Shown in pieces: positions 8,791-17,833 of a stretch of 17,833 nt of DNA (the stretch's first letter is position 1; every line of letters starts with the position of its first letter). The position numbers were made by a program, and so were the translations under genes. Under the pieces are notes generated by a model. That model ran no database searches. It saw nothing but the letters and a program-made list of their open reading frames with translations, and was not told the DNA's origin. The stretch covers positions 1-17,833 of the forward strand of contig NW_021824745.1 of the NCBI RefSeq assembly GCF_006345805.1, given 5' to 3'. The stretch comes from Octopus sinensis. Taxonomy: Eukaryota.

Positions 8791-8968
8791 ATCGAAAAAT
8801 ACCTTAAGAATGAGAACCCAGGTTCGAAATTTCCCCAAGACACCTGATGAAGGCTGGAAGGTATATCAGCCGAAACGTTATGTTAACAACAAAGAAGATG
8901 AGGACAAATATCCGTCAAATGTAAATAACGTAAATAGTGTAGAAATGTAAATAATGTAAATAGTGTAG
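8791..8968 (+). mobile_element. Repeat family H1, plus strand, ending in a 26-bp tandem duplication
   Basis: Inverted homologue of 6139-6283. AAATGTAAATAA(C/T)GTAAATAGTGTAG is duplicated at 8917-8968. Confidence 0.75.
8839..8884 (+). ncRNA. Minimal type I hammerhead ribozyme motif (H1), canonical core
   Basis: GACAC-CUGAUGA(8844-8850)-A-GGCUG(gaagguauau)CAGCC-GAAA(8872-8875)-CG-UU|AUGUU. Stem II is a perfect 5 bp, stem III is the palindrome ACGU, and the predicted cut is after 8879. There is one C-A mismatch at the base of stem I. Confidence 0.7.
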
Positions 8969-9174
8969 TTATGATCTTTTAGTTACTGAGTCTGAGAGGT
9001 TCTAGAAAACATTGCTCAGGATGAGTTTTTTGTTTTTGCTTTTATTTTTTGTTTTTGTTTTTATTTTTTGTTTTTCTAGAGCTCTAGGACACAAAAACCG
9101 TTACTCAGTTTCCATGGCTTATAAGTGGCCTTGATCACAACCTTTCCCCTGAACCGTACGCTCATCTGTTGTGG

Positions 9175-9385
9175 GCTCTAATGCCAGCAACTTTGAAAGA
9201 AGGGGGGAAAAATCAATAACATCGACGTCAGTACTTGCCTGGTACCTTATTTTGGCCCCACCACCACTCCCGAAGGGAGGAGAGGCAAATCTTGGTAGGA
9301 TTTAAGCTCAGAACGTAAAGACCGAAAGATATATCGCTAAGCGTTTAATCCGACGTGCTAACGATTCTGCCGGCGCCGCTGCCTT
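9175..9385 (-). mobile_element. SINE family B, diverged
   Basis: Reverse complement begins AAGGCAGCGGCGCCGGCAGAATCGTTAGCACG...CTTTACGTTCTGAG. Confidence 0.8.
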
Positions 9386-9399
9386 GCTGAGAAATATAG

Positions 9400-9775
9400 C
9401 TCACTTTGCAGCCAAGTGGTTTCGGGGTTCAATTCCACTGCGAAGCACCTTGGGCAAGTATCTTCCACTATAACCCCGGGCCGACTATGGCGTTATGAAT
9501 GCATTTGATTGGTGGAAACTGTGTGGAAGCCCACCGTATATATATAAGCATGTGTGGGTGTTTTTTTCTTTTTGCTTGTGCTTGTCCTCCCCATCATCGT
9601 TTGACTACCGGTATTGGTTAGTTTACGTTCGCGTAACTAGCTGTTCGACAAAACATCGATAGAATAAGCACCAAACTCAAAAACTAAGTCCTGAGGTCGA
9701 TTTGTTCAGCGAAATCCTTCAAGGCGGTGCCCACGCATGGCCGCAATCCTGTGGCTGTAGCGAGTAAATGATAAA
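9400..9775 (+). mobile_element. SINE family A, older diverged copy
   Basis: GGGTTCAATTCCACTGCG..GCACCTTGGGCAAGT...GATAGAATAAG...AAGTCCTGAGGTCGATTTG...AAGGCGGTGCC..GCATGGCCGCA. Confidence 0.8.
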
Positions 9776-9917
9776 ATATATTAAACAACACCCACTCGTT
9801 GACAACAAACTCAGGCATTAGATAATCGCAGTCATAGACATGCCTAACAGGCGGGATGGTTACAGTTGGAAAGCCTTTGTCCATTAGTCTTCTCGAGCCT
9901 GGTCAATCTGGTCTTAA

Positions 9918-9985
9918 ACAACAACAAAAACAACAACAGCAGCAGCATCAACAACAACAATAGCAACAGCAGCAGTAACAACAGT
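9918..9985. repeat. (AAC/AGC)n microsatellite
   Basis: Direct reading. Confidence 0.9.
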
Positions 9986-10350
9986 GGAGGCGCAATGGCC
10001 CAGTGGTTAGGGCAGCGGACTCGCGGTTGGAGGATCGCGGTTTCGATTCCCAGAGCAGGCGTTGTGTGTGTTTATTGAGCGAAAACACCTAAAGCTCCAC
10101 GAGGCTCCGACAGGAGGGGGTGGCGACCCCTGTTGTACTCTTTCGCCTCAACTTTCTCTCACTCTTCCTTCCTGTTTCTTGTCCCCGACTTCCTACGCAA
10201 CCGCTGAGCCTTGATGCGCATTCATCCATCCGTCGATGCTCTCGGTGTCGGGGGTTGACCTGCTTCCTCTTCTGCGGGTCTTACGAATAGCAAAGGACCA
10301 CGTTTCGAACTTCTCCCATCTTGCGAGTTCTGGGACGAAGACCGTTCGCT
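9986..10350 (+). mobile_element. tRNA-derived SINE family C
   Basis: GGAGGCGCAATGGCCCAGTGGTTAGGGCAGCGGACTCGCGG...GGTTTCGATTCCC gives an A box (9996-10006) and B box (10039-10051). About 300 bp of body follows, then a (CAA/CAG)n tail. Confidence 0.8.
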
Positions 10351-10405
10351 CAACAGCAACAGCAGCAGCAACAACAGCAACAACAGCAACAGCAGCAGCA
10401 ACAGC
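10351..10405. repeat. (CAA/CAG)n microsatellite
   Basis: Direct reading. Confidence 0.92.
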
Positions 10406-10561
10406 CGTTCAAGAATTTGGACCTGGAGATCTCCATTTCCAGCGACTTCGAGGGCCACCTCCCAGTGGTGTCGGGCGTGAACGAAGAGCCCTCGACTACA
10501 ACAAGACGACCAAAGTTTTTTTTTTCCAAGGTCTGGGGTCCCTCGCTCCTAAGCCCTAGAC

Positions 10562-10758
10562 CAGTGCTTTACAAACTTTTTGCTGGAGCGGAACCCCAAG
10601 GAAACATTCCACTGGCTCGAGGAACCCCCGTGCAATAATTTAATAGTCTTATGCACACATATCTGCACAGGAGAATTAAAAATTACTGCCGATTTTAGCA
10701 GTTTTGTAACTTCTTGCGTAACCCTAAGGTTCCGCGGAACCCTGGTTGAAAACTACTG
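10562..10758. mobile_element. hAT (Charlie-like) MITE
   Basis: Imperfect TIRs CAGTGCTTTACAAAC / GGTTGAAAACTACTG, a perfect 8-bp TSD CCCTAGAC (10554-10561 and 10759-10766) with the CTAG centre typical of Charlie elements, and repeated subterminal GGAACCC motifs. Confidence 0.9.
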
Positions 10759-11075
10759 CCCTAGACCATCACCTAATCACCCATACACGTCTTGTTGCTT
10801 AACAACAACAACAACAGCAGCAGAATTTATGCTGTAAGAGAAGTTCAATAAGTGTGATTGACTGTTTCCTCCCTGCACACTCCACCTCATTTTAATTATG
10901 AGATAATTCAACTGAAGCCATTCTGTCAGGTAGCGACAGCTAAAACTCTATCACAAATGAGCCAATAATAGCAACAACAATATTTATCTTCTTGAAAATG
11001 AAAATAAACTGAGTCGCAGTCATTTTACGATCTAAAATGTCGATCATCACACTAGCGAAAATTTTAATATCTTAA

Positions 11076-11353
11076 TTAAGGCGGTAAGCTGGCGGGGTCG
11101 CTACCACGCCGAGCCAAATGCTTGACAGCATTGCGTCCGTCTATCCGTTCTGAATTCAAATTCTACCGAAGTCGACTTTGTCTTTCATCCAATTGGGGGT
11201 CGATAAAAATAAGCACCAGCGCCCAACTGGTTACTTAGTTTATTGATCACGAAAGGATGAAAGGCGACGGAATTTGAAATCAGAACGCAGCGACGGGTGA
11301 AATACCGCTAAGCATTTCGTCCTGCATGCTAACGATTCAGCCAGCTCGCCGCC

Positions 11354-11357
<4 letters not shown>
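11076..11357. mobile_element. Two SINE family B 5' halves fused tail-to-tail as an inverted pair
   Basis: 11076-11230 (+) begins TTAAGGCGGTAAGCTGGC, and 11231-11357 (-) reads TTAAGGCGGCGAGCTGGC from the other end. Confidence 0.8.
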
Positions 11358-11407
<50 letters not shown>

Positions 11408-11440
11408 GTAATAATATAATAATAATGATGATGATGATTA
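11355..11440. repeat. (AAT)n/(GAT)n microsatellite
   Basis: Direct reading. Confidence 0.95.
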
Positions 11441-11445
11441 TAGTA

Positions 11446-12013
11446 TATCATGTACATTGTTTTGTCTTGGTATAAAAGATGGGCTACAGCAAATATTCTG
11501 CTCAATACCAGATTGGAAGTGTTATCATGTACATTGTTTTGTCTTGGTATAAAAGATGGCCTACAGCAAATATTCTGCTCAATACCACGGATTTGCTTGT
11601 CAGTTGTTTGACCATAACCAGTTGAGCATGTCCCTTAGTGGCTGACGATATGTGCATCTCTGATCACGAGCAGAAGTAGTGGGGGAGCATCATAGCCATG
11701 TGTTGAGAGGGATTCTTTGGGGTTTGAATAATTCACCTCTGGAAACATGGGTGGTTCTTTCAACATCCTTAAACAACCCTTATTCAGGGACTTTTGAGCG
11801 GGATGGGCTACTCAACCTGAAGAAAATTCTACTGGCCCCACCTGCAAGGTCAATGTGCTGTTTATCTTGATATGAGATCACCATGTCGCGCACATATGGT
11901 TGTGATGCATGTGCCTAGTGTACTCTTATCAGACGGGTAGTCATGATGGGTATACTAGGCTTCGTATATTTTACTCCAGTGTCACTTTGATGGCATGCAC
12001 TGCTCTCTCACTC
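11446..12013 (+). mobile_element. Non-coding interspersed element between two (AAT)n tracts, possibly the 3' UTR of an RLE LINE or its non-autonomous derivative
   Basis: Ends ...CTCTCTCACTC followed by (AAT)n, as the Dong-like element ends at 8754. Has a 5' 65-bp duplication with a 77-bp period. No protein motif recognised. Confidence 0.5.
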
Positions 12014-12053
<40 letters not shown>

Positions 12054-12129
12054 TAATAATAGTTATGATGATGATGATGATGATGATGATAACAATAACA
12101 ATAATAATAATAATGATAATAATAATAAT
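12014..12129. repeat. (AAT)n/(GAT)n microsatellite
   Basis: Direct reading. Confidence 0.95.
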
Positions 12130-14008
12130 TCTTTCTTTATCGGCCACCAAGCCCGAACACAAGACATAGAAGACGATACACAGAAGAGAGACAGCGAGGT
12201 TAAACGTGTAAACAGCCATTAAACACAACGATTGACAAAGAAATTAAATCAACAATATGCTTCCCCAATAGGGGGGAGTTCCATCGTAAAGTGGCCCGAG
12301 GGACCTCACGCACTTTGGACCTCTTTACACCAAAGGTTCCTCAGGAAGGCACCCTCTCATCTCCCTTCCATCCGACCTACAGGCACACATTTAGAGCAGG
12401 CCCATTCACGCGAATCACTCTTGCTACATTCACCTACCTTTCAACGAACTTAATTGGTGACAGTACCTCACTCACCAGCCTCACTTTCCTTTTCAGGTAG
12501 AACCTGAAAACGTCAATGAGGCCTTGGCCAAAGAGGAAGGTATCTGTCTTCAACCCTTTCAATCGCGTCCACCACATAACCTTTTTGGCCATAGCACCAG
12601 ACAGAGAAAACTTGACCTCCCTTCCCGGCCAAAGGAAGGAGACGGGGTGATCTTCACAACGGACTAGTACGATAGCCGGATCCGCCCTTCACGTGACAAT
12701 AACCGTTCGACAAAGCTCCACAAGTCAGCAATGCGCGGACACTGTACGAGAGCATGCGGAACGGTTTCATCGCTCCGCATGCATCTCGGATAATCCCCTC
12801 TGGTTTCACACCTGTGCCCGTAGAGCTTATCTCGAATCGGCAGCACCCCCCTGTAGCACTGCCAGGCCAGGGATTTCTGGAAGTTATCCATAGTTGCCGG
12901 CCCGAAAGTCCTCCGGAAGAGACCAGCCAGCTGATCCCTCTCGACACCCGGGACCTCTCCGAGTACGTCATTTCTCTTGCCCTCCACTAATCCCCTATAG
13001 AGCTCCAAGGTGGAACTTCCACCGGCCGCATAGCCGGGCTGGCCGAGGGCTGTGAGTGCTTGGTGACATTCTAGGTGTCAAGCGCTCTGCCTCGGTTTAT
13101 GCCTGATCCAGGACTGTAGATCCTTCAAGGAGACGAGCTGCGGAAAAGCGCGTTCAACAACCAACGACCACACCTGTTCACCGTTAAGATATCGCTGGAG
13201 ATGTCGCAACCTTAGCGCATGTCTGGGCACCCTCAGCCACGACACGCCCAGTCCTCTACTTAACGGACGCTGATAGCAAATGGACAGTCTGACAAGCGGT
13301 ACCTGTCCTCTCCACAGGAAGTGGAAGAGCAAACGCACCAGCACGTGACAAGGGACAACAGTCAAGCTGTAGTATATGACGGATGCGATGTGCACATACG
13401 CCACCTCCTCCCGACCTTTCAGGGATAGCTTCCTTTCGGTTAATTTCTGGGTGAGACTGTCCCCCCCCCTCCTCTGTCTGTCACCTCGCCCCAGTTCTTG
13501 TCCACTTGGAGATCCGGACGAATCAGACCCCGAGCAGCTTAACAGGTCCTTCCGTCCAGCGCCTTACAACGCTATCGATTGGCATGGGCCTTCCTTTCCG
13601 AGATGTCCTACATTATCACGGTGACGTCGTCCGCATATGCCGACACGAAATTTCCGCATCGCAGTTCACGCTGGATGCCCCTCCAAATCTCCAGCTTCCG
13701 CAGTAATGGCTCGAGTGCCAGTATGTAAAGAAGGGGTGAGAGCGGGCATCTTTGACGGACCGAAGGTGCGACATTAAACGATTCCGAACAGACGTTGCTG
13801 TACATTGCAGCGATCCAGCCTCTGAAAACGGGACCGAAGCCAACCGCCTTGAGGACAGTCTCCAAGTACAGATGGGCGACCCTATCAAAAGCTTTCAATT
13901 GATCCAAATGGATCAGGACCCCATTCGTACCAGGTTCTTTACCAACCGTCTCTACGATGTATCGCGTGAGGCGGAGGTTGTCGTGTATAGTTCTGCTAGG
14001 GATAGCAC
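12130..14008 (-). mobile_element. 5'-truncated decayed L1/Tx1-clade LINE (RT, zf-RVT-like knuckle, ORF2 C-terminus, 3' UTR)
   Basis: AIPSRTIHDNL...LDQLKAFDRV, VRQRCPLSPLLY, YADD (13637-13626), FHFLWRG...RGLG, PRCMRSDETVPHALVQC, AKKVMWWTRLKG. Stop near 12377 and 3' end ...GATAAAGAAAGAA running into (ATT)n. Confidence 0.9.
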
Positions 14009-15335
14009 CCAGCTGGGCATGCTATATCTATGATCCAGCATCGTTTGCTTTCTTTCTCAATGAAGACTGTCTGGTTTCCTAATCTCTATCTCATGGTCAC
14101 ACTGAATCATAAAATCCCATAGGCCTTTTGCATTATCATTTTCGATTATGCCTTCGGGTTTATGTTCGTACCATACTTTGTTGAAAAGTGTCCAATGGAC
14201 AATCCTTGCTATATTGTCATGACGCCTCTTATATTCTTTCTGGGTTAGTGGCATACATTGACTGGTAATATGCCATACGGTTTCACCATTTTGTCGACAA
14301 TCACATCACTTTCTGATGTGTTGTCTATTCTGTATTTGATGTAATTCGTTCTTAATGCTTGCAATCTTTCATCCTATACAAGCCTGACTTTCTTATTTCC
14401 AATAATAGCAGTTCTGTGGCATTTTTTAAACATACTATGCTATGTTGTTTTCTTCTGCTCCAATGCTGTGTTCGCATCCAATCAGTTCTTTTCCCCCTCT
14501 TTTTCTTAGTAAATACAGTCTGTCTGTGTCACTTTTTGGATGGATTTATCCCATGTCTAGTCAGCAACTTCCTTGTCTTTCTGTCTAAGCTGTTTAGTTC
14601 GTCTACTGTCCATGCGATTACCCTTGCTCCATATCTAAAGGGTGAAACCACCCAGGTGTTGACAGCTTCAATCTTATTCCGTCCATTTAATTTCGACTTA
14701 AGGATCATTCTTAGTCGGTGCAAGTACTCCACCTTAAATTTTTCTGTCATTTCTTTCTCCATCAATTTATTCATTTCCAATATCCCCAAGTACTTATAGC
14801 CAGTCTCTTCTATCTGCTTCATAACCTCCCCCGATAGTATCGCTGGTCCCTCCTGTCTTCAACACTAACACGCCACACTTTTTCACTCCGAACTCCATTC
14901 TGATGTCAGCACTAAAAGTATACACCGTATCAACGAGGGAACTGACTTGGGATTCCTCTTTACCATAAAGTTTGAGGTCATCCATGAATTGGTTGACTTT
15001 TTGTTGGCAGCGTTTTAATACATACCCAGCTTTTGCTTTCCTCGGTATCAATGTTGGTGATATTATACACAGTACAAAGATCAGTGGGGACAGACAGTCC
15101 CCTTGGAAAATGCCTCTCCTGATTTCTATTGTCCCTAAACTTCTTCCATATGTTGTCAGTTCCGTCCTCCAGCATTTGATGCAATACCAAACAGGTTCAT
15201 ACATTCTATAATCCAAGAATGTTGGATCATATCGTGCGCCTTACGATAGTCGATCCATGACATGGCTAAGTTATTTTTCCTCCTCTTGCAGTCTCTAAGT
15301 ACAGTTTTGTGTATCAGGAGTTGATCCTTGCATAC
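14009..15335 (-). mobile_element. Decayed R4/Dong-like LINE fragment (RT to mid-RLE), truncated at both ends, with an internal deletion
   Basis: CKDQLLIHK, WIDYRKAHDMIQHSWI, RRGIFQGDCLSPLIF, FMDDLKLY (14988-14977), FGVKKC, YKYLGI, HPKSDTDRLY, GETVWHITSQC, RRHDNIAR, LWDFMIQCDHEI..RKPD, frameshift, VFIEKESKRCWIIDIACPA. Confidence 0.9.
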
Positions 15336-15369
15336 ATGTAATTTCAGAACGGCAGTCACCTACCTTGAG

Positions 15370-15530
15370 AAACAATCAACCAATCAAACATACAAACAAA
15401 CAAACAAACAACAATAATATCACCACCACCATCAGCAACCATTAACACAACAACAACAACATAAACAATAACAACATCAGCAACTACAACGACGACGATG
15501 ACGATGACGACGATAACAACGAAAGGTGAC
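15370..15530. repeat. Degenerate (CAAA)n/(CAA)n/(GAC/GAT)n low-complexity tract
   Basis: Direct reading. Confidence 0.8.
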
Positions 15531-16089
15531 TAAATATGTAATAAGTAGGACATCTTTGATGGAGAGTATTATTTAGTGTAGAGTGAACACGGAGATGTAT
15601 AGTGTTTTGATTGTATCTTATAGATTTTTGCTTTCTTTTTTCCTCTTTTTTTTTGTAGGATATAGAAGATATCACCACAGGGATTACTGACCCACGCCTC
15701 ATTGTTAAAACTCTATTTCTCTAAGGCTGGATTTCTTCGTTTGGTTTTTTTCTTCACGTTGCCTTTTTTCGTTTTATTCTTTAGTATTGTCAATGAGTAA
15801 AAGTAAAAACAAAATCAATGGTATATGTAAAAAATAACAAAGGAGCAAGACGAAACCAAACGACACAGTACTTACATATTCACGCATAAAATGTAGAAAC
15901 AGAAATATAAGATGTGAAGGGGAAAAAAAGACATAATACGCCAGAGTAACAATCGAAAAAATAGATGAAACAAACTACTCACGAAATAATAAGAAAACAG
16001 ATAAAAATAGAGAATGAAAAACAGTAAAATAAGAATTAAAAGAAACAGATATACGAAGACACTGACAATGTATAAACAGGCAGACGTAT

Positions 16090-16270
16090 CTATCGATGTG
16101 TGTGCTTGTGTATGTGTGCACGTATGTATGTACGCAGGTATGAGTATATATATATATATATATGCTTCATCACAGTGATATAAATATACATGCACATATA
16201 TGAATACGTTTATATGCATGCATTATACATGCATTCATACATTCTTATATATACATACATGCATACATGA
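16090..16270. repeat. Compound (TG)/(TA)/(ATAC) microsatellite region
   Basis: Direct reading. Confidence 0.8.
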
Positions 16271-16607
16271 TTACGCGGGCGAACATTCATGTACGATGTT
16301 CACAGAAAAAGCAAACGAAATCTAAGATAGCAGACGATATCCGGTACAATATGGCAGCCGACAAGAACTTTCTAGGATATAGAACGCTGCTAGCTTCACA
16401 CATTAAGAAAGTAATTACGTAATTAACAACAACAACAACAACAGCTAATTGAGAAAGCAGTAACAACATCAATGAAAAAAAACGAGAGAACACTAGAAAC
16501 AACAATAATGACAACAACAACAACAACAAAGCGAAAAAGAAGTTTAAAAAAGTAATAAAAATAACATAAGAATTGAATAAGATTTTTTCCTTCCAAGGAT
16601 ACTTTTA

Positions 16608-16680
16608 GGTATGACCGAGTGGTTAAGAAGCCCGCTTTGTAACCACGCAGTTCTGGTTCAATCCGAATGCACGGCAACTT
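16608..16680 (+). mobile_element. Diverged SINE family A-like tRNA head, truncated
   Basis: TGACCGAGTGGTTAAGAAG...AACCACGCAGTTCTGGTTCAATCC resembles A and B boxes and the head at 4875. Confidence 0.55.
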
Positions 16681-16686
16681 AAACTG

Positions 16687-16905
16687 TACTCTTTCACTCT
16701 TTTACTGGTTTCAGTTATTTGACTGCGGCCATGCTGGAACACCGCCTTTAGTCGAGCAAATCGACTACCAGGACTTATTCTTTGTAAGCCTAGTAGTTAT
16801 TCTGTCGGTCTCCTATTGCCGAACCGCTAAGTTACGGCGACGTAAACACACCAGCGTCGGTTGTCAAGCGATGTTGGGGGGACATACACAGACACACAAA
16901 CTATA
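16687..16905 (-). mobile_element. SINE family A 3' half, broken at its internal microsatellite
   Basis: Matches 4109-4300 and the reverse complement of 5075-5290, and is followed by (ATAC)n. Confidence 0.9.
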
Positions 16906-16971
16906 CACATACATACATACATACATACACACATATACATACATACATACATACATACATACATACATACA

Positions 16972-17017
<46 letters not shown>
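16906..17017. repeat. (ATAC)n then (TA)n microsatellite
   Basis: Direct reading. Confidence 0.95.
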
Positions 17018-17020
<3 letters not shown>

Positions 17021-17167
17021 TTTATCTCCCTTGTTTTTTCTGTGTTCCTTTCTGTAGAAGAGCGTAGGCCCGAACGTAAAAGACTTTCTATTCCAGAGCG
17101 TTATACTAATACTCTGTTGTTTTGTACATCACCTGTATTCGTCTTTTGTTTTTTCGTAAACTCTCCC
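17018..17167 (+). mobile_element. Repeat family H2 copy with degraded hammerhead-like motif at about 17048-17082
   Basis: CTTTCTGTAGAAGAGCGTAGGCCCGAACGTAAAAGAC...GTAAACTCTCCC, with (TA)n on both sides. Confidence 0.75.
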
Positions 17168-17789
17168 TATATATATATATATATATTATATATATATATA
17201 TATATAATATATCTATATATATATATATATACGTGACATCTCTGCATCTCTGCAGAAGAGAGATGCTACATCATTTTCGGAAGCAGATTCTCATTATATG
17301 ACGACAGATCAGTTACAAAGTTTCGGTAGGTAAATAGCACCTACGAAACACTCTCCTAAACAGATGGTGTACAAGATATTGGCAGATCCCTCTTAAGATA
17401 CAACGACTTCGATACAGAAATACAACGAAATAAAAATTTATCTACTTCAGATATACATCATAACATTGTTTCACACAATGGCGCAATAATGGTAAAAAAT
17501 AAGAACAGGAAAATGATAAAAAACCATTTCAGAGTATTCTCAGTGCTAAATATTTGATACGACATCATAGAACTGGAAGAATAAAAAGTCGATTCGAAGT
17601 TTAACAGCTTGCTCCGACTGCACTGTGGTAAATGAGGACAGAAGATTTCTTATTTTTTCTTTTGAAGCTCAAAAATGTCTTTGATGTCTTGCCGTAGACA
17701 CAAGCACTGAGTAACTGACTGAGAGGTTGGGTACTCACGCGTCGAAATCGATGAGGAAGACCATCCAACAGACACGCATACGCACTTAC

Positions 17790-17796
17790 ATACATT

Positions 17797-17833
<37 letters not shown>
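17790..17833. repeat. (TA)n microsatellite running off the window
   Basis: Direct reading. Confidence 0.95.

Noticed and set aside
9986-10060. Possible tRNA gene
   Set aside because: A and B boxes are present but I cannot fold a full cloverleaf, and the sequence continues into a SINE body with no poly-T terminator.
10222-10638. PolyQ, polyA/T and polyL ORFs suggesting a transcription factor exon
   Set aside because: They start inside a SINE, cross a CAA/CAG tract and end in a hAT MITE.
17240-17350. Two short hairpins (GCATCTCT/AGAGATGC and TTTCG.TAGGT/ACCTA.GAAA)
   Set aside because: Stems of 8-10 bp are expected by chance at this length, and there is no complete ribozyme core.
17733-17795. 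Minus-strand GTGAGT donor with a short upstream reading frame
   Set aside because: No convincing acceptor or homology, and the upstream sequence is microsatellite.

Overview
Repeat-saturated animal genomic DNA, most likely intronic or intergenic sequence from an octopus or other coleoid cephalopod. The taxon is inferred from the SINE families and the extreme microsatellite load, not from a search. No intact host gene, tRNA, rRNA or CRISPR array is supported, and most listed ORFs are microsatellite read-throughs. The window holds decayed non-LTR retrotransposons: two R4/Dong-like RT-CCHC-RLE elements (6674-8754 +, 14009-15335 -), an L1/Tx1-like ORF2 (12130-14008 -) and RLE fragments at 94-524. 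It also holds three tRNA-derived SINE families in many copies, a non-autonomous Helitron, a hAT MITE with a perfect 8-bp TSD, two foldback/MITE hairpins and many microsatellites. The most interesting unannotated signal is a set of minimal type I hammerhead ribozyme motifs of the kind associated with Penelope-like elements, in two repeat families. The first has a canonical core and occurs as an inverted pair bracketing the Dong-like LINE. The second has a variant core and occurs as a head-to-tail tandem in (TA)n, resembling a non-LTR retrozyme. An R4/Tx1 LINE chimera and an apparent partitioning of element families among microsatellite types also merit follow-up.
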